From a virus (taxonomy: Duplodnaviria > Heunggongvirae > Uroviricota > Caudoviricetes > Crassvirales), in the IMG/VR virus record IMGVR_UViG_3300035498_000265, positions 64,001-103,850 of that record: a DNA stretch of 39,850 nt. One strand, given 5' to 3'. Below the pieces are notes generated by a model. The model ran no database searches, was not told the DNA's origin, and saw only the letters and a list, made by a program, of their open reading frames with translations. Positions 1 through 11,209 of the stretch are shown here, piece after piece. The stretch's first letter is position 1. Every line of letters begins with the position of its first letter. The position numbers were made by a program, and so were the translations under genes.

Positions 1-1
1 C

Positions 2-67
2 TCAGTCAAGAAGGAATATGAGAGACTTACTGGAGAAGAATACAAAGAAAAGAAATCAGTATTCTAA
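2..67 (+). CDS. 3' end of an unknown plus-strand gene (partial)
   Basis: Frame +2 reads SVKKEYERLTGEEYKEKKSVF then TAA, converging on the terminator at 80-119; too short to assign. Confidence 0.5.
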   Translation, partial: SVKKEYERLTGEEYKEKKSVF

Positions 68-79
68 TATATGGAAAAT

Positions 80-119
80 AAAAAAGGCTAGTGTTTGATT
101 ACACTAGCCTTATTTTTTT
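80..119. terminator. Bidirectional intrinsic terminator
   Basis: AAGGCTAGTGT-ttgatt-ACACTAGCCTT stem (84-94/101-111) with an A-tract on the left and a T-tract on the right, between convergent genes. Confidence 0.85.
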
Positions 120-133
120 ATACATTGTCAGTA

Positions 134-3100
134 TTATTCACAATTCTTCAAGTTATCTATCCAACTATCAATATTGTCTATCTTAGTACTAATTCCCATT
201 CTCTCTAATTCAGAAGTTAGATTCTAAATATCAAAGTTCTTCCACTTTTCATTATTCTGTATCTTACTTTCTATTATATCATATATCTAGTCAGTTAAGT
301 CCATGAACTACTCTTCTGTACTACTAAGAATACCTTCAAGAGTATAAGAACTAGAGCCTATAATTGAGTCTTGTAACTCAAAGTCATTGTGCTATGGAGC
401 TAAGTCCGCAGGAGTTATTATAGGAGCTTCAGTAATAGGTTGTGCTTCCTAAGTTGGGGGTTCCTCCTATTTCTCAGTGACCTCAGGTGCTTCAATAGGA
501 GCTTCAGTAATCTATACTTCAGGAACTTTAGGAGCCTCAGGTTCAGGTTGTAATACCTAATCCTTAGCTTTCTTAGCAGCTTCTTCTGCCCTTATTTTCT
601 CTAGTTCCTATCTATAAGATTGGATTAACTGATTAGCTAATTCCTCAGGAACACCTTCATAAGTACTAGTACTAGTGTTATAAGCTACTGTTATAGGATT
701 AGAGGTTTCAGCTCCAACAATATAGTACCTTCTAATACCTAAACTACCCATTGACTAAGCCTCACCAGTCTAAACTTTATAAGCCCAAGCAACTTGAGTT
801 TTCTCTTCATTAGAAGTAATAGGAGTATTGTCCTCATGTACCCATCTACCTTTCCTATAAGTATAACTATTACCTTGCACATATAGCTTAGTAGGAGTAT
901 AATCCTCTGAACTAGCAGTATAATCAGATTTATTCTCTACTGGGCTCTTCTATTGAGGCTCACTTAATATAGGCTTACCTGTTGAAGCATCAATAGGAGC
1001 TACATAGTATTTACTACCATAAGTACCTAACTTCTAAGAGTCTGTCATAAGAGCACCAGCTTCATCATATCTCTTTATCCAATTAGGGTCAGATAAGCTC
1101 TTCATGTACAAGTTAATCCTAGGATTAAGATTATATATAGCCTATCTAAACTCCTCTAGAGTAAAACCTCCTTGATTAATATCAAACACCTTAATAGGAG
1201 TTTTATTATTATATAGAGTTATAACTGGGTTATTCTCAGTACCATAATTTATAGTTTTACCAGTATCTCCTTTCTTTAAGCTACTAGATAAACACAATAG
1301 TGTACATAACTCACCCATAGCCATCTCCCTAGTATGATAATCAGGGTCTAGCAACTAAGGTATAAGCTTATTATCTATTAAGTTCTTAATAGCACCATCC
1401 TTTATCTCTGACAATAATACTGGGTTAACAAATATAGGGATAACTTCACCATTAGCAGCAGGCACTAATACATAAACCTAACCCCATTTATTAACTCCTT
1501 TTTGCTAAGGTTCATGCATCTTAGTTACAGGGCCAACAGGTAATATATTATTAAATGTTTGACAACAGAAACCTAAGTCAGCATAGCTCATTTGGTTAGC
1601 TACTGTATGAGTCTTATTGTAGTTATCTATTAGCTCTCCTATGGAATGAGGAACAGATTCACCATCTATTGTATTAATAACATGGCCTGAGTTAAAGGTA
1701 GTCATCTATGTGCTCATATCTGGGTCTACATAGAACCTCTCATTAGGGTTATTAGTGAAGTAATCTACTCCATTCTTTTGTAGAGTGTTCCTAGTGGTAG
1801 TTACTAAGCTAGCAGCAGAAGTACCATCCTAAGCTTTAGTATTCCACATATTACCAATTATCAAGTACTGTTTACCACCAGAAGTAATAACACCACCATT
1901 CTCAGGTAAGTGCTGTTTAGCTACTTTATCAGTATATTCTACTACTAAGAATATATTAGAAGCTACCTTAGAGTCTGCACCTTCCTTTTTAACCTTCATT
2001 AGTTGAATAGTAGGATTAGCCTTTAGCACATTGAATAACTCATCATCCACTATAGCCCCTAAGTTAATCCCTTCCTAAGCTAACCATTCATATATAGGGC
2101 CTTCAGTGTAAGGCACTAACTCATGGTCTTCTAGTGCATTAGAATCATATGGGTTAAAGTATAATCCATGTACTTCTTGCTACTGATTAGTAGTTTCCTA
2201 TGGAGCTGGCTTACTATCATCAATTAAGGTATCCTAAGATACAGGAGTTATATTTAATTGTTCAGCAGCCTACTCTGGGGTCATAGTTTCTACCTAGCCA
2301 TCAGAGTCTCTAGTTACACCTGCAGGTAATTCATCTGATTTAACTTCTGTAGTAGGAGGCTCAGGAGTCTCAGTTTCAGAGGGCTCTGGGGTCTATTCCT
2401 AAGGCTCAGGTGTGTCCTTCTTAGGTTCTTCTTTAGGCTCCTCTTTAGCTTCTTCCTTAGTCTCTGCTTGAGGTTCAGCCTAATTAGCTGGGGTCTCAGG
2501 GGCACTAGGTTCATTCTAAGTATCACCTAAATCAATAGCTGGCCCAGTAGTATTCTCCATAGATTCCATGTCTGGCACAGTCTCATTAGATAAATCTTCA
2601 TCAGAGTCCTAAGTAGCTGCAGGAGCTTTACTAGTGTCATCCTATACAGGAGGCGCTTGCTAAGCCTATTGAGCTTGCTACTATTGCTACTACTATTGCT
2701 ATTGTTGAGCCTACTAAGCCTACTGTTGTTGAGTCTATTGTTGGTCTTGCTATTGCTACTGCCTTATTTGCCTCTCAATATCTTTAACAGCTTGACCTAA
2801 CATTCTTTTTCTCCTATACTCAGTATAAGCAGTAGTTGCACTATCAATAGTAGTTACTCTCTAATAGTCCTCTAGGGCTTGTTTAAGAGTAGAATTACCT
2901 GCTAGTTTAACATCATTAGCAAGTCTATCTAATAGTAAGTCTGCAAGACCTTGCCTCTCATTACCTAAGAAATACTCAGGAGCATAGGCTAACTCATTAG
3001 CAATACTATTAGCAACTTCAACCCATAACTGCTAGTCTTTATCCATCATTAGCTCTCTTAGGCTATCTACAGCTTCACTCATCTTACTAAATTGAGTTAC

Positions 3101-6100
3101 TATAGGGCCTAGAGTAGGATGCCTCTAACCAAATTCCTATAACTATTGAGGAGATAATGATACTCCTGCTATAGGGCCTAGGGTATCTACATCCTTAGTA
3201 GCTAAGTCGTCATAGATTAAATCCATCGTATTTTTATAGATAGCTCTATTAATAGCATTTTTCCTAGATGCAGATAAATCAGTAGTAAAATTAAGGAAGT
3301 CCTACGGATTTTCTTGGATAGCATCTAGTGAGTATTTATTGTTGGAGAGCTCATCTTGTAGTTTGGCGAGCTCCTAGATATATGTTTCTCCTTGGGGGCC
3401 TATGTTTTTCTTAAACTCAGCTATTTCCTTCTGCTATTCTGCAGAGTACATAGTTGGGTTATTAATCATATCATCTATCACCCTAGCATCAGTAGACAGA
3501 CCTTCCTAAGCTGATAACAATCTACTATCCTCTATAGCTGAGACACCTCTATTAAGCTCTGATATTTGTCTATCAGTTGCTTTTATAGCCATTCTAGTAT
3601 CAGTAGCATCTTTATTCAACTACTTAATAGCAGCTTCGTCAGTCTCTGTCTCTAGCTTCTCTTGAATAGATTTAAGTTTATCCTATTTAGCTCTCTATTG
3701 TTCTTTAGCAACCCTAATAAGTTCTCTAGCAGAGTCTACATGATTCTATTTATGAGAGTCTTCCATCTCACCATAAGAACCATCCTTCTCAGAGTCTATA
3801 TTTAAGTTAATGTCTTTAGCTAACTATTGAATATCTCTAGATATTCTTTTATTCTTAGCCATTAACTCTGCTCTTTGAACTAATATAGGATAATTCTTCT
3901 CATCTTCAAATGACCTATCTTGTTCTCTTAAACTCTATTCAGCTTCATTATAATCATTAACAAAGTCACTAGTTCTCTTAGCTACAGTTTGAATTTCCTA
4001 CCAAGCCTAATCTCTCTAGGCATCAGTAATAGGAGCTTGTTTATTAGCCTAATTAGTGCTTAAAGCCTATGTTATTAATGTGTTCTTCTCTTCATCAGAC
4101 ACATTGTCATTAGCTATATCTTGTAATTTTTGAATGTTAGCTTGATTAACTTGATTACTAAATTGATGTAGAGGATTACTACTTAGCTATTTCTAGTTCC
4201 ATACTAGTTTCATAGCTAAAACATCCTAGGCATTAGCTGCTGCTGAGAAATCTTGTGAGTTTTGAGATGCTTGGCCATTTACTATAGCTTGGTTAAGTAC
4301 TCCTAGTTCTGATAGTAGTTGCTCTCTTTCATCAATAGCTTTGTTATATTGACTCATCTACTCAGCCTAGGCTTTCATAACCATTCTAGCTTGCTCATAC
4401 TCACCTACTGCACCTGTTACATAGGTATTAAACCACTGTCTAAAACCTCTAGTTTTCTCCATGAATTCACTAGATTTTTCACCAGCTTCTTCCCTAGCTT
4501 TGTTTTCCCTAGCATAGTCCTCTTTCATCTTTTTATAGCCACCTAGTCTAGGAGCAAAGATACCACCAAGAGCACCTATTTCAAATGCGTGAGCAGCCTA
4601 TTCAGTTAAACCTGCATGAACAGCACCTTCAACACCAGAGTGAATAGCATCCATGTACTCACCTATTGCACTACCACCATGCCAAGTATTAGCATAGGCT
4701 TGTGGGTTATACTGTCTTAAGTACTCAGAGTTAAACTCACTTAGACCAAAACCTGCTGCAAAACCAGTAGTTAGTTCATCAGTATAGTTACTCCAACCAC
4801 CAGATACTAGAGCATTCCTAGCTACATTGTAACTACCTATGACTTTAGGATTAACAGTAGTCCACTTCTTAATACCTAGTAAAGATTTACCTTTATTAGT
4901 GAATTTACCTACAGCATCCTGAGTCATCTTACCATAGGTATTAGTTGCTACCTCTGATTGTAATACTTTCTCAGGCGCTTTAAATACTTTAAGTGGTTGT
5001 AAAGCTGCATTCAGCATACCATACTTAAGATACTCACCTGCAAAGCTAGTCATATAAGAGTCTACAGCAGCTCCCTATGCTAGTCTTTCTAAGTCATCTC
5101 CTCTTTGGTCGGCCATCTTTTTTTGCAACTCAGCATACTTAGCCTAATCATATTGCTGTTTGAAATAAGCTCTATATTCTGGAGTATCTACTGTCATACT
5201 AGTTTTACCCTCAGCACTTTTCTTAATACCTAGAGTTTTTCTATATGCTTTCTCAAGCTCCTGATTATATTCATCAGTAGCTGATAACTTCATAAACTCA
5301 TTATTAACATCATCTTGTAGGTATTGTTGAGCTTGCTATTTAGCAGCATTATAAGTCTATTGATAAGCACCATAGGCATAAGATTGAGCTATAGGAGCAG
5401 CAGATAGAGTAGCATCTTTCATACCTCCTAGTGTAGCTTTAGCAGCACCTTTAGATAATAATGCCTTAGCTCCTCCTTTAGATACTAGTGAAGCTAGGGA
5501 CTCATAGGTAGAAGGGCCTCCAGCCAACCACATAGAAGCTGCTTGACCAACTACTTGAGCAGTCATACCTGATATATCTTGTAGAGTCCCTAATGACCAA
5601 AAATCTGGGCCACTCTAACCTGGCTTTAAGACATACATCTCATTACCTGATACACCATTATTAGCTTCAGCCTATTGTTGTTCCTTCTATGACCAAGTGT
5701 TATATTGGTCTACTTTATTAAGATAATCATCCCTTAACCAGAATAAACCACCATTATCAGACAGTGATTTAAACCCTGATTCCTCAGGAGTTTTGCCCTA
5801 TAAATTCTTACCCGTAGATATGACACTAGCTAATTCACCAAAGGCATTAGACTCACCCTCATGACCTGTTAAATCACCTATTATAGAGCTAGTAATATTA
5901 CCTAGTTCTGCTAATCCCCATACACCAAAGCTTAGCATCCTAGGAGCTACATTATCAACAACTGTATGAGCAAAGTTCCATCCAGTTTCCCAGCTTCTTT
6001 TAAAGAATCCTAGGTTATCACTCACAAAAGTTTGCATCTCATTATCTAAGTACTAGTCAGCTTTCTATTTACCAAATAATTGTTCATAAGCTTTATACTT

Positions 6101-6994
6101 AGATAATATTCTTTTCTATTCTTCTGGTTGTAAGTTCTCCTCAAATAGGTCTTTATAAGCTCTATAATAACCAGAGCCTTCATGTTTTTCACCATCTTCA
6201 TCAGTATAGCCAGTAGCTATTTGATTAAAGGCTGAGTATATATCATTAGAATCCTTAGGGCCTAGTTCCTTAGCAGTTATACTCTAAGAAATACTTTCAG
6301 CAGTTTTATCAGCTACAGAGTCATAGTAGTCATCTATTTTCTTTTGTATGCTAGACATAATGTTATTATTCCTAGCTGATAAATACATTCTCCTAGCCTC
6401 TTCTAACCTGTCTTTCTAATATTTCTCAGGGTTCTCTTCTGCCTCTGCTCTACCTACAGCTGTTGACTTATATTTCTTATCTGCCTCTTTATAAAAGTCA
6501 TTGAAGGTTCTCTTACTAAATTTATTAGGGTCTTGGTCTTCATCCATACCAGGAGTCCTCCATAATTGAAGGTCAGTAATAGCACCTCTTAGCCAAGAAG
6601 AGCCCTCTTCATCCCCTTTATTTATATTATTCTTAGAGGCTTTCTATATTTCATCCTAGGTCATATAGCCAGATTTAAATAGCTCATCTGACAACTGAGC
6701 AGCTAATCTAGGATTACTATTATATAACTCAAGGAGGGGAGATGTATCCCCTCCTAATTGATTATTATTATGTAGTTCTAGTAGTTTATTACCTTTTAAA
6801 TAAGCATTAGCATCCTCTTCATCAACATCTGGGTTAAGTCCTAATTGAGCTAACTATTGTTGTCTATATAGAGCTGAAGCCTGAGTTGCTGTATAATTCT
6901 AAGGCAATTGACCACTGGCCTTTGCCTTCATTATAAACTAATATCTTTGTTCTGAGTTTAAACTACTTAGTTTAGGTAAACTTGGTAACTTCAT
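134..6994 (-). CDS. Giant virion cargo/ejection protein, 2286 aa (TAG=Gln)
   Basis: One frame with no TAA/TGA from ATG 6994 (MKLPSLPKLSS) to TAA 134 joins six ORF-track fragments. Contains Gly/Ala-rich amphipathic segments (about 4500-5900), a polyQ tract and Pro/Glu-rich linkers. Position after muzzle and two cargo genes matches crAss-like synteny. Confidence 0.8.
2657..2761 (-). repeat. Polyglutamine low-complexity tract using mixed TAG/CAA/CAG codons
   Basis: 35 in-frame codons: 14 TAG, 13 CAA, 2 CAG, 6 others (4 Ala, Thr, Asp). Confidence 0.9.
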
Positions 6995-6995
6995 A

Positions 6996-8549
6996 TTATT
7001 TATCTTTAAGTACTAACTGCTTCTTCACTGCTTTGTCATCATTCTTACCTACTACTTTACCATCTTTATCATAGTATACATAGTAGTAATTAAAGGCATC
7101 ATGATTAGCGGCTACTTCAGGAACCTCTGAATCAATATAGTGCTGTTCTGCAGTTTCTAGTCTATCATATCCACCAGTAATAGGAGTGGCTTGAGTAATA
7201 TCATCTTTTGATATAAGCTGCTTAGTTCCTGGTACATAACCATAGTTTGGACCCTTAACCATTGGGAATTCAACCCCAATTATTTGACCTAATTTAGTTG
7301 TCTTAGTGCCTGAACCAGTTTTACTCCCAGTAGTAGTTGTGCCTACTTTTGGAGTTGGGTTTTGAATAGTTGCTTTACTAGAGCCTTTACCAGAAGTAGC
7401 AGTAACAGCAGAAGCCGATGCATCTGCAATCTTAGTAGGAGCACTTCTAGTGTAAGTACCACTCATAGCAGGAGTTAATTTTACTTTATCTGGGGTTACT
7501 TTATAACCTGGTTTATCATACCAATAATCTTTACCATCACTGCCAGTGTACTTATATTGTAACTTACCATCCTTAGTCCTAGTAGCTTGGTTAGGAGTTT
7601 CTGTCCAAGTAGTGTATCCATTGCTAAATACTCTAGTACCATCAGGATTAGTGTACAGAGGTTCTTTACCTAAAGCTCTATTCCTATCTTGTTGCTTCCA
7701 TTGAAACTCTTGTTGAGCTATACTTAATTGAGCAGCTTGTCTAGCATCAGCAGCTCTTTGAGCTCTAGTCATATACTCACCATTCTATTGTAATGAAGTC
7801 TAATAGTTATTCAAACCTGCATATAAGCCTTCATTAATAGCTCCCTCAACAGCTGTTCTACCTGCATCATCAAATCTATCTAAGCCTCCTAATTGACCTA
7901 TCATTTGATTCCTAATTTGTGCAAATCTATTAGCAGCTGCTGGATTACCTGCAATAGCCTATTGTAATTCTTGTAGACTACCTATGCCTTTCTTTTGAAT
8001 TACCTCTAGGAACTATGGGCTCATGGAATTCTTAATAATGGGGTCTTCCATTATACTCTGAGCAGTAGCCTAAGCTAATGCTGCTGTTCTACTAGCTATA
8101 TCTTTTCTACTCTCAAACTTATTATTAGCTGTTTGACCATGTAGGAATTTATCTAATGAATTATATCTACCTACTTCAAATATAGCATCAGAACCTGCCT
8201 AATCCCTAAGTGCATTAGCTGCGTTCATAGCTTCACTAGCTTTAGCTATTGGAGTTATATTAGAAGCATACATCCTCTTCATATTAAGGAGTTGTCTTCT
8301 ATTATTAGGGTTCATGCCTGAGCTAAAGTCATCAACTACAGAATTTAGCTAATCAGCATAGCTTTTATACATAGCATAAGCCTCAGGGCTATTCTATCTA
8401 TTAGCTATGTCTTTCCAAGCTTCAGTCTATGATACTAAGTCTGAATAAGCTGTCTCAACCTACTAATAATCTTGCCTATAATCTTCAATAGGCTACATTA
8501 GCTCCTTATAGGTGAATGGGTTAAATTTACTATCTACAATTATATTCAT
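6996..8549 (-). CDS. Virion cargo protein, 517 aa (TAG=Gln)
   Basis: ATG 8549 MNIIVDSKFNPFTYKELMQP to TAA 6996, no TAA/TGA in frame; N-terminus resembles the crAss-like cargo motif (S-K-F-x-P-F-[ST]-Y-x-E-L); abuts neighbours by 1 nt. Confidence 0.75.
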
Positions 8550-8550
8550 A

Positions 8551-11103
8551 TTAGTATGTTAAGCCTTTCTTTACTCTTTTAATTTTACCACCTTTAGCTT
8601 TCTTAGTTCCTGTCCAACCAGGAGCATAGCCCTAATCCAGTAACCATTTTTGCTATTTCCTAGCTACATTCTCACTACCTATATTACCTAATGAAGTAAA
8701 TAGGTTAGACATATTAGTAGCAATAGAGTTATCCCTAGCTAATTTAGCTCTTTGTCTAAGGTCTTCCGCTTGTATAGTACCATTAAGGTAAGCACTAGCT
8801 GCATTAGCTCTAGCTGATTGATTAGCTGCATCTGCCTTAAAGAAACCTTCAGAATTAAACTCATTAGTAGACCTATTGAAATCTTCTACTAATTGTCTTT
8901 GCTTAAGATTATCTTCAGCAGCTCCTCTCCTAAGGATACCTAGTTGATTTAAAGCATTGTTATCAGCAGCTAGAATACCTGCCATAGCTGTACCCCTATT
9001 ACCACCAGCAGTATTCATTATATTTCTCCTAGTAGCACCTGCAGTAGCATTAGCTTGATTAGCAGCATATTCTACATCAAATGGGTTATAGGTTAGATAA
9101 TTACCTACTGGTTTAAATTTAACTGGTTGATATTGACCTGCACCTTTAGCAGCCTCTAACACAGCATTAGCAGCACTCTCATCTGGTTTAGAGAATACAC
9201 TTAAGCCTAATCCAGTTAATGAGCCAGCTATTGGCATATATCTCATCCAGTTATCAAAGTTAGGCATCTACTATGAGTCCTTTAACTTAGTATAAGAACT
9301 AAATTCATCACCATCTGTTGGCTTACCATACTTAGATAAATCTATACCAGCTTCTTGTGCTGCATCTAGGCTATCATATACAGTAAACTCACCGTCAGCA
9401 CTATCTCTAAATCTAGGTTTAAGCTTAGCTGGAGTAGCTCTCTCTGTGTAATAATAATCTGTATAATCAGTATCTTTATCAAAGGAGCTACCTTTTCTCA
9501 CAAACTAATATTTACTTGTCTTACCATCGTACTAGTCTGTTATATCAATTGGGTCTAATGGAGTTCCATTAGCATCTGTTTTACCAGTTAAGAATCTTCT
9601 CTCACCTTTATTCCTAGAGCCTTTATTATTCCTATTCATATACATCTCAAATAGGTCTCTACCATACTTATGAGCATCAGAATAAGCCTAAGAATTACCA
9701 AAGGGAGCATCATACATTAAAGCTTTTCTACCTTTAGTACCAATGAATAAGTCTTCATAAGTGGGAGCAGATTTATTACTAGCATAATAGTTCTTAGCAT
9801 TGTCTTTATTACCCCAATACTCTTTTTGGAAAGCTATAGCCGCAGGGTCTGTGTTAGCCCAATTCATGAAGTCCTCACTGCTATACATAGAGTTATATCT
9901 TCTAGTAGCAGGGTCATACAGTAAGGTGTTACCGTATCTAAAGTTATCCCAGTTACTGAATACATCAGCATTATTTATAGCCTTACTACCTCCTGGATAC
10001 GGATTTACTAGACTACTAGTATGCTCTTCCTCACCACTAAAGAGGTTGCCACCAAAGGCATATTTACTCCTTAACTTAGTTTTTCTAGACATCTCTTGAG
10101 AGTTAGCTAACTCTCCTAATAGAGCATCTAAGCCATTCTAACTTATAGGGTCATTAGGTCTTTCCTCAGATTCCTTAGACATCTATAAAGCAGCATCAGC
10201 ATAAGTTAGAGATTTATCTCCTCTTAATTTATATTTAGTTCTCACTGCTTGAGGTACTTTTAATCTTTTACTAAACACATAATCATTATAAATTACTTCA
10301 CCCTCTTCTACTAGATTAGGGGTGCCCTCTTGGTCTACTCCCATAGGTACACCCTCATAGGGATTAGATTCATGGGAACCACCATTCTAGATGAAGGTTA
10401 TACCAGTATCAAAGTTAGCTCCATGTGTATTTAAGTTACCACCAAAAGCAGTATAGTTAGCTTGAACATCATTAAGCTAATTCTCTGATATATTCTAAAT
10501 AGTATTATCAGCACTTCTTACTGCAAAGCTATTAGCAGCCTTTAGTTGTTGTGCTAACTCCATGTTTTTCTTCTTAGCTTTACCTCCAGAGAACACACCT
10601 CCTTTATAGGCGTTAACTCCAAAGTTCATTGCACTAGGACTTGATAAGGCATCATCATCAAATGAAGTAGCATTACTAGCTGCTAGAGCTGCACTATTTA
10701 AATCAGCCACACCTTTATTAACCCTATTAACTTCTTCCTAGTTGACTTTCATACCAAAGAGCCCATTAACAGCTCCACCAACTAGGTTTAAAGCTCCACT
10801 AGCAAATCCTCCTATTACAGGGATACCACTAACAGAATTACCTACACTCCTAATAGCATTACCAGCTTTAGAATCTAAGCCATTAGATAGGAGATTTCCT
10901 CCTAACTAGCCAACAGCACTAGCAGTTGCTCCCATCATAGAACTAGCTCCCATTGTAGGACTCTGAAAGGCAGTACTAGGACTTCCAATCATATTCTTCA
11001 TATCAGAGAAAGTATTCTGGAATATGTTTCCTCCCTAGTTAAAGTAGTTCTTCCCGACTTTAAGAGGTTTATTATATTTCCTTGTAGATTTTACTTTAGC
11101 CAT
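8551..11103 (-). CDS. Virion cargo protein 1-like, 850 aa (TAG=Gln)
   Basis: ATG 11103 to TAA 8551 joins four fragments. Contains GGSHESNPYEGVPMGVDQEGTPNLVEEGEVIYNDYVFS, which I recognise from crAss-like cargo proteins, a Gly-rich N-terminal hydrophobic region, and a KAKGGKIKRVKKGLTY C-terminus. Confidence 0.8.
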
Positions 11104-11122
11104 ATTGTATTATTTTGATTTA

Positions 11123-11153
11123 CAAAGTTACATAAAGTTTCCGATTTATACAA
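11123..11153 (-). promoter_or_regulatory. Bacteroidota-type sigma promoter for cargo operon
   Basis: Minus strand TTG-N20-TAACTTTG, matching the Bacteroides TTTG-N19-21-TAnnTTTG consensus; ends 19 nt before ATG 11103. Confidence 0.7.
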
Positions 11154-11167
11154 GTATATAAGCATAA

Positions 11168-11203
11168 AATAAATAAAGGTATAAGAAAAATCTTATACCT
11201 TTA
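11168..11203 (-). terminator. Intrinsic terminator after muzzle gene
   Basis: 13-bp perfect stem TAAAGGTATAAGA/TCTTATACCTTTA (11174-11203), 4-nt loop, U-rich tail on the minus strand. Confidence 0.85.
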
Positions 11204-11209
11204 ATAAAT

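Noticed and set aside
421-511. 16-nt direct repeat TAGGAGCTTCAGTAAT at 421-436 and 496-511
   Set aside because: Encodes a repeated ITEAP unit in a Pro/Glu linker; not CRISPR, att or DGR-like.
2314-2526. ORF-track 70-aa basic minus-strand ORF
   Set aside because: Alternative frame inside the Pro/Glu-rich linker of the 2286-aa gene; a shadow of low-complexity sequence.
134-6994. Giant ORF as the virion RNA polymerase
   Set aside because: Size fits, but I found no DxDxD/DFDxD-type catalytic motif in the translation.
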